A DNA stretch of 64,000 nucleotides from Azolla caroliniana (GCA_043228905.1 JBHGNT010000009.1:186001-250000); one strand, 5' to 3'. Shown: positions 11,307 through 23,663, counted from the stretch's first letter. Notes: generated by a model from the letters alone, not told the origin. A program made the numbers and translations.

Positions 11307-13723
11307 ATGATGTCAATGGATATGAGTATCACTTTAATGGATGACACCGATCGCCATCCCAATCCTAATCATACATTATATTACACCAATTCTAGTCATG
11401 CTGCCAATTATACTAGTAGCAGCGGTACTAATGGTCTGCAATTAGGCTGCAGCGGAGCTTTCGCCTCCTCTGACCACAATCAGTTAATCAACACTAATTC
11501 CGCCCCGGGATTAGTAGTGGCTGCCGATACTAATATCACAAGATTAGGGCAGCAGCGGCAGGGCCAGATTAATAATAGTAACGGCTGCAATGCCCCATGT
11601 AATATTGGCAGTTACACAGGCATCAACTATAATCATAACAGCATTAATAATGCTAATGGAATCAGTGGTAGCAATGCAGCTGATGTAAATGTACATCCAA
11701 GTACCTTGATCCACAGCAATAATGATGGTAGTAATCACCATAGCAGCTCCATATTTAATAGACGGGTATCACCTTACCAGATCGTAGTACATGGCAAAAC
11801 AGTTAACTATACAAATCCTTTTAACAATACTACTGCTGCTACTACTACTACTAGTAACAGTAGCAGTAGTGATAATAATGGCGATGGTGCCATCAATATT
11901 AATGAGGTGTCCGAACTATATCTGTCTCCTCCATCATTAGCTAGCCCCTCTTCCTGCTCCTCCTTCTCCTTCTCCTCCTCCTCCACCTCAGGGAAGTATG
12001 TGCGGTATACTGCAGAGCAGATTCGCATTCTTGAGCGATTATATGAAGAATGCCCGAAGCCAAGCTCTGCACGGCGCGAGCATCTCATCCGCCATAACCC
12101 TCCTCTTCACCACGTCGAGCCTAGACAGATCAAAGTCTGGTTCCAAAACAGAAGGTATACATTCCCTGCAGAGAGAGGGTCATGTTTACCATACATACAT
12201 GCATATACACAGTGACAGAACCTGTTTCTTACACATACACATACACATCATATCATTTCTTACATAGCCTGCATAGCCTACATACATACATACAACATAT
12301 CCAAGTAGATCACGTGGGGAATCCGAATCATATATGTACATCAGAAGCTGTACAGTTAATTTTGTGGATGAAGATTGAGGAAAGAATGCACTTGACATTG
12401 AGCACTGATACTAATTTCTCACTATTGTAAGACTAGTACTACTATTGATGATCAATATACAATATACTTGTGATTAGTGTGTTCCATTAATTCGGAAAGT
12501 GCTAGGTTTTGCTCTCTGTTTTTTGTTTTTCGCCAATCCAGGACCACCACATAATTAATGTTATGTTTACGAGAACTCATCCTAGGAAAATGTATGAGTG
12601 AGTATTGCAGGTGTCGAGAGAAGCAGCGCAAGGAGACATCGCGGCTACAGATGCTGAATTCGAAGCTCGCCATGATGAACAAGCTCCTCATGGACGAGAA
12701 TGTCCGCCTCCAGGATCAAGTCTCCCACTTACTCCATGAGAATGCTTATTTGGTTATACAACAACAACAACAACAACAACAATTGGCCCTCCAACATGTA
12801 TGTATGTCATGCATGATTGCACCAAAATCTTACTTAGATTATCTATCCTCTATCTGAAATTGCATCAAATTCATGCATTTCATTCTCAATGTCTACTTGA
12901 TATAGTGTGTACCGTTCATGATGAGCCCACACCTAAATGATTCATGATTTTGTTCTCTCTTAAACTGCTTAATTCAGACTAGTGCAATGACTAATATTAC
13001 CCCCCATGCGAGTTGTGATTCCATTGTGCTGAATGGTCATATCCAACAGTTTCCCGCTCCACAACAACAAAAACAAGCATCGCCTATCATACCTTGCGAT
13101 TCCACCAATTACCCAGGGTACTATTAATATACTCTACCTACATGAATGTTAGTTTGCACAGTAAAATTTGAAATATTTTATCACTATTGTTTGTGTCACA
13201 AGTTTATGATTTTATCAAGTAATTAGTTTAGATTCATGTCGACTCAATCTTGAACCTCAAAATAAAACAAAAATGTATAATATAGATAGGTTACATAAAA
13301 CATTTCAATTACTGAATAGCATTTAGGTTAAATATATAGTAATTGAAATGTGATACAAGTTTGGAGTGCTTCTTATGCCAAGCATGAGTAGTCTTCATCT
13401 GATGTAGTTAAGAATCTAAACCTTTTTTTTTCTCTCATGAAGTATAGTAGCACTCCCTGAGGAGGCACTTGTCGAGTTTACTGAGAAACCAATTGGGCCA
13501 ACGACATCGGACTCGTGGATACAAATGCCCGGGGTACTAAAGGTTTTATGATATTATTGAATGGGTGACAAATAATAATGCAAAAAGCCAACAGTTTTAA
13601 AAACATGTTGGTTTGTATCTAGAAATAATCGAGACATGGGTTTTTGCTTGTAAGAATTAGATTGGTTCACGTTATACATCTGTATTGGTGAGCTTCTTAT
13701 CCTCCCTCTTGCTGTCACAATGA
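11307..13723 (+). CDS. Truncated class III HD-Zip (PHB/REV/ATHB8-like) protein, ~445 aa. Exons 11307-12154, 12611-12797, 12978-13117, 13443-13542, and probably 13661-13723
   Basis: Homeodomain GKYVRYTAEQIRILERLYEECPKPSSARREHLIRHNPPLHHVEPRQIKVWFQNRR|CREKQRKETSRLQMLNSKLAMMNKLLMDENVRLQDQVSHLLHEN (leucine zipper). Then ASCDSIVLNG...STNYPG|IVALPEEALVEFTEKPIGPTTSDSWIQMPGVLK|, matching the C3HDZ segment SCESVVTSG...ASPAG|LLSIAEETLTEFLSKATGTAVEWVQMPGMK. GT-AG introns sit at conserved positions and the frame stays open. The last exon is less certain. Confidence 0.85.
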
Positions 13724-15086
13724 GTCATTTGTATTTCAAAGTCACATTAAACTCTTACTTCTTAATTACACTACTTACAAGTTACATCAGAAAGAATGAG
13801 TTGACATCACATGCGTCGAGAAGAAGACTCTGATGTCCCCGTTTACATGCCAAATGTTCCATATTTTGATCAATATCATTCGACATATCAATATAACATC
13901 ATGTCATGGTTAATATGACATATTTGAGGGTGCGCTTCTACTATGCTTATGTAACTTAAGGTTCTTCTCCTAGTACACTGTATCTTTTACTAGATATGAT
14001 GTTTACACATATTAATGCATAGTTCATTGATTATATTAATGTTGAAACTCAAGAATGTTGTAAACAAGATCCAAACATTCACAAATACAATATACATAAT
14101 ATCAAATTAAGACACTAAATGGCATGACTCCCATGGAGTCATTTTCTCTCTAGAACTCATCTATCTAGCAATGACTTCCATATGGCATTCTTTATAACAA
14201 GTCCTCATAAACAAACATATTCAAGATATATCCTATACATGGTTATATCACCTAACGAAAATAGTTTTAAGGGGTTACTTTGAGTAGGTTGCTTTTCTTT
14301 TCCTCGGAATGCATGTGTAAAAACAAAAAAAAAATCAATATTAGATCGTTCTGCTAACAAATTTAGTTGCCTGCTCTAGAAGAAAGAGTTCAACAATACA
14401 CCCTATAACTATTGTGATTACTAAGATCGACTAGTACTTGAGGATATGCATGTATGTATTACATGATTGGCTATTTTGACATAGATTCAGACTTGAGAGA
14501 AGTACTTGAATGATAAACAGATTTCCTAATGTCAAACTGCACTGTTATAGAAATTGACAAACCAATGCCAGGACCTGGACTTAAAACATTGATTGCACAA
14601 CATCAAGACAGACACTAAAACAAATAATCGGCTCATAATGTCTTCTTATCTATCTATTTATATCTATATCTCTATTATGGGTGTAGGACCTAGGTGTGAT
14701 CTCTAATTAACTGTCAGCTCATTTCTTCTTACCCATCTTTATATGGGTGAGGATGAGGGTATGGGTGTCTTCAACATCACACAAACATATTTACAATTTA
14801 CAAACACCAACTCTATAAAACTTAAATTACAGCCTTATTTTATTAAATAATGCTATTGTCAATACATCGATGGATAAAAACAAGCCGTGGAATTGCATCA
14901 TCGATCACACTGGCTGTATAATAGAACTTTAGTAGCAAAGCCATCTTATCATATAATAATACTAATGTCAATACATTGAGTAGACTTGGCGGAACATATG
15001 GACAAAAGCAAGCCATGAAAAGGGGCTAGCGCATATAGCAATTAAGCACCGCATACTCATCCTGAAGGAGGGATTCTATCACAGCA

Positions 15087-17263
15087 TTACATGTTGGATT
15101 TCGATGTCAAACGCATGGCAACTTTCTGGCCAAAGGATTTGTCAGCCTGTGCATTGATAAGACCACAACAAATTTCACTTGGCTCAGACACTAAGTAAGA
15201 AAAAACAAATGTACACTACCGAGATGCAAAAATATCATCTCACCTGGGTCCAGTAAGAAAGCCAGATATTGCGTATCTCATGGGTGACCCTAGGATCAGA
15301 CAAAGCATCCACCCACATTTTTACAAAGCGCTCCTGCCTGTCTGGAGCCCAAGACCTGTATCTTTCTCCAGGCTGAGTGAAGTTATTCTCCTTCTCTATC
15401 ATGACCTACGTATTCAGAAGGCAACATATTTGTGTTAGAAGAAAATTTGAGCAACAAATTTGCATCATGAAATAATGGCCAATATATATGCTTTCTTGAA
15501 ATCAGAAATAGTCAAACACCTTCTCTCGACGACCAGTGAGCACTTTCGTTGGAATCGGCACCCTTTCAGCATGACGAACAGGATCAAATCGAGAAGGGAA
15601 ATAATTGACCTAAATCACAGAAGTTTCAGTTTTCACATGATAAAAAGTCAACCTCCAACTTCTTCCAATAAGTAAGAGGACAATTACCTCTTCATCCCTG
15701 TGGGTGAAGTTCATAAAACCTTCATGATGATTGTTGTGGTATGCACTCTTTGGTGCATTGACGGGAAGTAGAAGGTAATTAGGACCAAGTCTGTGCCTCT
15801 GGGTGTCGGCATAAGAGAAAATACGAGTCTGTAGAAGCTTGTCATCAGTATAGTAGACACCTGGAACAATAATAGCTGGGCAGAAAGCAAGCATCTCATT
15901 CTCAGCAAAGAAATTGTCAATGTTCTTATTCAAGACCATACGACCAACAGGCTGCAGGGGGAAAAGGTCCTCAGGCCATATTTTTGTGACATCGAGGGGA
16001 TCAAAATCAAACTTGTCTTCATCTGCCGGGTCCATGGTCTGAATGAAAAGTTTCCATTCAGGGTAGTTACCAGCAGCAATGGAATCATACAAATCTTGAG
16101 TTGCATGGCTATGGTTGGTACCACCAACAACCACCGCCTCATCTCCAATCAGACACTTAACACCACAGGTAGGCTTCCAGTGGAACTTAACATAAGTAGC
16201 TTTGCCTGCTTTGTTGACCAGGGTAAATGTGTGAACACCAAAACCCTCCATGTGTCGATAATTGAGTGGGATGCCCACATCATCAAACAAGAAAGCGAAC
16301 ATGTTAAGACTCTCTGGATGGTGAGAAAAGAAGTCCAATATACGCCAGATCTCCTGAATGTGTGATTTTGGGTTGGGCTTCAATGCATGTACCATGTCTG
16401 GGAACTTCATTCCATCACGAACAAAGAAAACTGGGAAGTTGTTCCCTACCATATCAAAGTTTCCCTGGAAGAATAAGGTTGATTGTAAGCTTACACCGAA
16501 ATAAGGCAACTTGAGTGCGAAAGTGGAAAATGATATATATGCATACTTCTCTCGTGTAGAACTTCACAGCAAATCCTCGAGGATCACGGATTGACTCTGG
16601 GCTTCCACGCTCATGAATGACAGTAGAAAACCTAACAATCAATGGAGTCTGAACTCCAGGTGCTCGCAAGAAATCAGCACATGTAAGGTGAGATATATCA
16701 TGTGTAACTTCAAAGAATCCCTTCGCACTAGCCCCTCGAGCATGCACAACACGTTCAGGGATCCTCTCACGATCAAACTGAGCGATCTTCTCAACAAGGT
16801 GGTAATCCTCTAAGAGGATGGGACCTAAAGAGACATTTAAAGGTACCAATAATGTAATGGGACTTGTGTACCCTAAGGAGTGATTTCATAAAAGAATTGA
16901 GCCTAAGATCATACAGTGAATATTAAGAATCTGCACTTAAAAACATATAATTAACGTGCAAATACACTGAAAGAATCTTTTCTAGTTTGAGAAAAAAACA
17001 AACGACTTTCGAATGCATAATGTTAAGGGAAGTCCATGGGACTCCATCCTGTCATTTCACTTGCCTCTAGAACCAACAGTCAAAGACGCATTGTTGTTCC
17101 ATACTGGCGCACCAGAATTAGTGGTAAAGAAAGGAGAATCATAAGCGCTGGAAGGCCGGAACTGCACAAGGTAATATAGAAAAAACTCGTGACATACAGA
17201 TTGATAGATAGAATAATATATAACTATTCAAACGGAGATTTCTCTTGCCTTGTAAGGGTCCAT
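15087..17263 (-). CDS. CAT: Catalase (plant peroxisomal heme catalase), 492 aa. Exons 17263-17249, 17161-17065, 16824-16547, 16464-15688, 15609-15520, 15405-15244, 15146-15087
   Basis: MDPYK|[33 protein letters not shown]|[32 protein letters not shown]; [14 protein letters not shown] heme-ligand motif. Exon sizes 15/97/278/777/90/162/60 sum to 1479 nt. Confidence 0.98.
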
Positions 17264-17293
17264 GATGAAAACTTTGTTGCTTTAAACCAAATT

Positions 17294-18857
17294 CTGCATT
17301 GAAACACAGGCATCAAGGTTAATTGAAGTATGATATACCACAATACAAACACAAGTCTGTATACTGAAAAATAATGAGTGAACGCAACGCAGAAATAAAA
17401 ACAATAGTTTGAATAAATAAATAAATAACGAGAATACAATAAAATTGGAAAACGGAGCTCCCCTGAATCACAACTAATACAAAACTCTTGCCACATGAAA
17501 TTGAACAAGAACTTCTGGAATTGAGGAACCTAAAGAAATTTTGGCATCAGGAGATTCACAAAGGAAGACAATGGAAGCAATGACCGATTGAAAGACTAGA
17601 CAGAGCAATGAATCATGGGAAGTTAGGATCACTTAGAAACTACTTTATAAACGATAAGGTAATTGAATGGCCTGAAATGGAAGAAAAACACAGGGAACCA
17701 AATGTAGGAGACTGTATATGAAGAAAAGTACATGATCAGAAAAGCAAAAACAAGAAAACTAAAGTAGACTTGACTTTAAGGGAAGTTCTAGACAACGTGA
17801 AGTGGAGAAACCAAACAAACGACCTAAAAACCAATGACAAGTAACATAGAGAAAGAATCAAGAATCCAATCGAAAGAAACTTAAAATAGAACAAGGTAAT
17901 GTCAGGAAAAGAAAAGAAGAAAAGAAATAGTAGGTCAAAAAACCAACAAGTAAAGCAAGGGACTGCGCAGGAAAAGGTAGGTCCCAATCACATCACAGAC
18001 AATCAGAAAAACGCAGAGAGGTTGAATGATCAGGAACATCACGAGTAAGTCGAAAAAAGGAAACGGAAAAATATAATAAATACCTCAAAAGGATCAGAAA
18101 ACCTCATAGATATTGAAGGAGCAAGAACATATAATATAAGGCAAGAAAACTCGAACCATTCATTAACCAAAATGAGGAACATAGTGTAGACTTAAGGAAC
18201 GAGAACATAGATGGTAGATAAAAGACGTTAATCAGACAAAAAAGACGTACCAACTGACAAATCAGAAAAGTATGACGAGTTCGATGACAAAACATTCAGG
18301 GCAAGGTAGGTTATGAAATCGTAAGAGCTGTAACTAAAGATAACCATTTCCTAAATCCGAAAGGATACAATATGACTAATGAGCTTGAACACATGTCCTA
18401 GCAAATTGATGAACCAAAGCAAGGTAAAGCGATAAGGCAGGGGAGCAATCAGAGAAAATAAAAACAAAAAATATCACATATGAAAAGGCTATACGCTCGA
18501 AGCGTACATCAAGACGATCAGGAATAAGAACCTCATTGATGGACAATAGAAAGGTAGAAGATAAAAACCAGGAAATCAATCATGAGAAAGGAAAAGTCAG
18601 ACCCGAGAAGGAGCTATACTCATACGTAAAAACGGTTATCAAAACCAGAATCAGGCAGTGAGAGATTTGATGGAGCAAGGGAGTTAGGCAGAAGAGTAAG
18701 TCAAGACAAGACAAAAGCGAGGCTCGGGAGATTCGATGGAGGAAAGAACAGAAGGCAAAGCAAGAAGAAAGCAAGGCAAGAAAGGGAATCAAAGAGAAGA
18801 AGAAGGAGCATCGGGGAGAGGAGACATGAGAAGGGAAGAGAGGTGGAAGAGAATTAC
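17294..18857 (-). other. Probable 5'-UTR intron of the catalase gene (~1.56 kb)
   Basis: Minus-strand donor CAG|GTAATT at 18857 and acceptor TTTCAATGCAG at 17294, 30 nt upstream of the ATG. Interval strongly pyrimidine-rich on the minus strand. Confidence 0.65.
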
Positions 18858-18879
18858 CTGTTGTAAGAGGGAGGGAGCT

Positions 18880-19400
18880 CGATCGCGCGCTCTGTGTGTG
18901 TGTGTGTGTCTGCGTGTGTTGATTTGGTTTAGGGTTAGGGTTGTCGCGTGGAGGAAGAAGAAGAAGGTTATATCCAGACGCAGACGCAGAAGGAGATGGG
19001 GATGGAGTTTTAAAGGTATTCGTTTTTTAGAGAGTTTTGTTTGCTCTCCCACACAAAAAATAAAAATAGGTAATAGAAAAAGATTAAAAAAAAAATCCTC
19101 CGACGATTTTCGCTCCTGAATTTTCTTGTGGCGGATTAGGAGGGTGACGTGGCGACCCCCCCCTCTCTCTCTCTCTTGAATCTTCTCTCTCTTTCTCTCT
19201 GCCCTGTGTCCTTGTCTTCTCTCTCTCTCTCTCAATTGTGTGTGTGTGTGCTCTCTCTCTCTCTCTATCTCTCTGGGTTGTGTGTGTGGTGGTGTGTGTG
19301 GGGTGTTCGTGTTCGTGTTCGTGTTCGTGTTTGTGTTTGTGTTTGTGTTCGTGTTCGTGTTTGTGTTCATGTTTGTGTGTGTGTGTGTGTGTGTGTTTGT
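18880..19400 (-). promoter_or_regulatory. Putative catalase promoter/first UTR exon with compound microsatellite
   Basis: Telo-box-like AACCCTAACCCTAAA (18928-18942), TA-rich CCTTTAAAA (~19008-19016), ABRE/G-box-like TGACGTGGC (19145-19153), and (CT)n, (TG)n and (GTGTTC/GTGTTT)n tracts at 19160-19400. Confidence 0.5.
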
Positions 19401-20400
19401 GACTGTGACACTCGTCTTCATCGGTTGAAGTCACCACTTTTACTTCACTTGACCCATGAATGGATAAATAACACGACTCGTAATTGCTCGCCACCCCCTG
19501 CCCCTCTCTAGATAGCATACATAATTTTGGGAAAGGTCACCTTGCGTCTAAATATGTGGATGGGGGTAAAACTCTAGCTCTTAACTTCTAGCTTCCCTGT
19601 TACATACATATATGTGTGCGTGCACAATGCACGTCCCGTAAAGCAAATTCTCTGTTGCAAAACTATAACAATTGGAAACATGACGAAAATAACATGAAAG
19701 TGAAATAAACCTGGTTTAAACCTCCCACTGCATCTCGTTCTTGATACTAAGGAAAATGAGACCATCGCCTCGAGGAAATGCTAGCATGACAACACTACAT
19801 GCCAAACCATGATGTGAAGAATTGCCTTTATACATCACATTATCATATACAACCCAAAGTTTTAAGGCCTATAAACTTTCTAATCAAGCAAGAATGAAGA
19901 TAATATTTTGTTGGGAAGTGGAATTCAACATTTTAGAGGATATACCATAGACCGTCAAAAGGTGGAGTAGGTACAAGAGATTGGCTTCCAAACATGGTGA
20001 TCAAGTCGAGCATTCGATGAGCCTCGACTCAACTCAAGATGGATCACCACTTCTTGAAAACCATTTGGCCATTCAAAATATAAGACTTGTTGTATAGGTG
20101 TCAAAGTTCACCTCCTCGATCTCTAGTTCAAACAAGTGATCACTCATCCTCTATTGATAAACAAATTATGATTCATCACATCATAGCCTTTGATCATTTG
20201 CTTCCCTAGGTTGCAACTAAAAGGATGTAACACAACTAGTAGTAAAAATTTTGGCATGACACTCGTGTTTCCAAAGGCAATGATGAGGATTGTCGATAAT
20301 GGCAAACATGTTCTAATCTTAACACTACTCATGCATGACGAGGATTTTACACCACAAAACTCAAATTTGGCAAATAGATTACCACTTTGATAAGACAACC

Positions 20401-20700
20401 TTTTTTTTTTAAAAGTCAAGATTCACCGTGGTATTAATGAAAAGATGCCCAAAGGCTACAAAGTATCCATACAATCTATTATAACCCTCCTACCCACATG
20501 AATCAACATGTGTAGTAGTGGAAACCCTCATCCAAGGTCTTTTCAAGACAGGGGGTGGAAAAAGCCATCTTGGTGGAGCGTATCTCTATTTTATTCTGTC
20601 CCCAAAATAGGTGAAGACCTTTGCCTTTTTCCAAAATTCGCGAAATTGTTGTTGCTTGCGAAACACAACATCAGGCTCACCATGTATTGCGAAATTGTTG
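20401..20700 (-). mobile_element. 5'-truncated L1-type LINE 3' end
   Basis: Peptide HGEPDVVFRKQQQFREFWKKAKVFTYFGDRIK*RYAPPRWLFPPP; poly(T) at 20401-20410; 14-bp TSD TTGATAAGACAACC (20387-20400, 20701-20714). Same family as 51982-52361. Confidence 0.85.
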
Positions 20701-22569
20701 TTGATAAGACAACCTATTGATGGACCTAAGTTGACTTTAATGACTTCCAATGGCAACAACGTTTGGTTACACTTCCTAACAAACATAACAATGTGCAACA
20801 AGCAACATAGTTCAATGACAACCAAATAACTTGGGATATTTGCAACAACGATGAGGAAGTGGCCAACGCTACATGGAACTATGAAAATGTTGACAACCAA
20901 CATAAGGAGAAAACTATTAATGTGCATTATCTTAAATAAAAAGTATGAAAACTCTTAAGTTTTAACTCCCATTGGTTGAAAATCAAACACATAAGGTGAA
21001 GATTATGAGAAAAAAACTTTGCCACTGACATCATGTCACGTCAAAACTAAGAATTCCCAGTATATTTTTAAGTTAGATAAAAAAGTGTTGAGGATGTATC
21101 AAATATGGATACAACAAATGACTTTGGAAGTTATTCAACAACCTTGGTTCTCTCAAAGCTAGCTTTTGTACATAAGGTTACTAGCTCTAACGGCGAAAAT
21201 ACAATTAGTGCATTAGATCTCAAACACATAGCTTATTAACCATGATCAAGACATATGTTTGTTGTGTTCACACCTACATATCAACTCACGATTTCCATGT
21301 ACCTTGTTGTCTTTGATCATAAAAATGCCGTGGTTTCTTGAGTTCTAAAGGTTTAAGGATGAAACGATGACAATGTAGTGGCAAAGCACAATAATATCGA
21401 GGTTGTGGGTTCTAGTCTTGGGCAATGGATTTCATGGTATATCTTCAAGATCTAAATTGTTCATAATTTTAGCTTAATATCTTGCATATACTAGAAGAGG
21501 TGCTTAAATTAAAATAATAATAGGGATAAGAGTTGAAATTTACATAAGCAATAAAGTTTATGTGTTACAAAGAAGATGTGCTAAAATCAAAATAAGAGAA
21601 AAACAATGCACCACTTCATGCTTCATTGGGATAAAAGCCATATACAGATAAATACGTAAGAAACTCTAGATGCTTCGCTATTATAAAAGCCACTTATAGA
21701 TAAGTAAAAAACTTTCGATGATTCTAAAGAGTTGCGAAAATCTAGAGGATCCTCTATCCATGGCATGTTTACATGCTCAATACAAATAGTTGACATTCCT
21801 CTTCTCCCTTAGTTACTTCCAATTCATCATGATCTCATCCACACTTGTTTCCATCCCACCCAACAAAGCCTCATTGATATGATAGGAATATATAGACGGG
21901 AAGATTTTTTGGATTAGCCTTGAGGCATATGTAAATATAAAGTCGTCGTGTAATGTCACTCACAACCTTGGCTTTTCCTGAACAATATCAAGCCTTCTAA
22001 TATAAGGATATTCGCAACAATCACGCATTTTGTTTGCATGCCATTTTCATAAGTTTGAATTGAATTATTCAATTATAGTCCCCTTCCCTTATCAACATAA
22101 CCCCATCATCAACTCCTTTAATCATATTGATGAATTATTACACAATTTGAACCTTCCTCTTGCCTCATTGTAATTATTCCCAACATAACTCTTGGGAAAG
22201 GGGGCCTATTCTTTTCATAAGCCTAATTTGAAAAGTTATTGTTAAGAAATCTATTATGACTATAGTATTATAGTTTTGTAAAATAACATTATAAAAAAAG
22301 TGTAGGCACCATTTATATTTTATTGATATCTTATGTAGAGAAGAATGAAAGATAGCTTATTGTATGCAAGATGGCAAATTTGGTCTATGAGACAAATCAT
22401 GATTACAATACACATGGATTCATGGCATCTATATTGAAACATAAATAAAAGCTCGAGTTTTCCTAAAGATTCATGAACATGATATTAATGCATGGAATGA
22501 TCTTAGAGATTATTTACAAGCACGAAGTGCATACCTCATATGCATGTAATTAGTGGTGATTGGACAATG

Positions 22570-22873
22570 TGTTTGAGGTTCGTTGGTGTAGTGAAACGTG
22601 AATATGGAAGAGTTTCACAAGTGTATCTAGGTATCTTCATGTGGATTAGACATGGCGAGCAATGATCTCCGTGATCTAGTAATTATATGGCCTAGTGAAA
22701 GAAGGGTATGATGAAGTTTCACAAGTGCACATGGGTATATTTGTGTAAATCATGCACGGTGCGCGATGAACCATGATCTAGTCATGGTATGGCCCATGTA
22801 CCTTACATCCTGGTACTCGTGGTCTTCACTACCGTTGTTATTAATCTAGTTGCTCTTTGGCGACTCCTCAACA
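22570..22873. mobile_element. Possible old solo LTR or inverted-repeat-bounded element
   Basis: TGTTTGAGG...CCTCAACA termini and an internal diverged ~100-bp tandem duplication (22611-22700 / 22715-22800). No clean TSD. Confidence 0.35.
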
Positions 22874-23663
22874 CATTAGTAGAGGTAAGGAGGTATTGAA
22901 GAAATGGGTTCTTGTTGGGTGGTTCCCTTGGGGTGTCAAAACACTACATAGATTGAAATGAAAATTGATTTGGTAGTTTTCACAACTAACCTATGTGGAC
23001 TCAAATCCATAGAGAAGTACGTATTTTACTTGTTATACAACACCTTATAGGGTTAACCTTGTCATAAGATCTTAGTTATTGTAGTAGGGACAAGTTTCTT
23101 TGTTGTATTGCCATATTGTTTCCATCTATACAATACTCCGACAAAAAATAAGCAATTATACTATTGTCATTGGAGGTCACATCTCATGCATGGGACCAAA
23201 AATTAAACATTTTCACGGGGTACGTTTGGAGTTGAGTAGTGATTCGTGATATTCAACAATTATATTGATGAACATTGGCCATTGTGACTATGAGAGAAAT
23301 GTGGATAGGGGTTGAGCCATATTAACAATGTATAGAAAGCAACAAATATGGTTGAAATTGGAGATTGTATCAAAGTTAGATACCAAGAGTCACCAACTTC
23401 GTCATGGCACAATATGTATAATGGATAAGTCTTCTTACTTGAAGAGAATGTGAATAAAGTCAAATAGAAGCACTGTAATGGATGGGAAATAACAAAATGG
23501 GCTTTAACATATATTGGTGAATGTTTATTTCATGCATCTAATGCATTTGAAACCAATTGAAAAGTGGCCTATATCAAGAAGCGTGACTTTATGTTTGCAG
23601 GATTCTTCATGCAAGTCACGCTTTTGATCTTCAATTATACTCTCCTTTTGTTATGGTTAAGAT

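Noticed and set aside
13724-14800. Searched for further C3HDZ exons (START, HD-SAD, MEKHLA) or a MIR165/166 precursor
   Set aside because: No PGPDS/AARACG-like peptide and no TCGGACCAGGCTTC match seen by eye; a tblastn search would be decisive.
18736-19518. ORFs of 120-210 aa with NT/HE/ER/VF repeats
   Set aside because: Stop-free frames produced by the compound microsatellite upstream of catalase.
21800-22220. Possible gypsy pol fragment
   Set aside because: Only vague motif similarity; cannot be supported.
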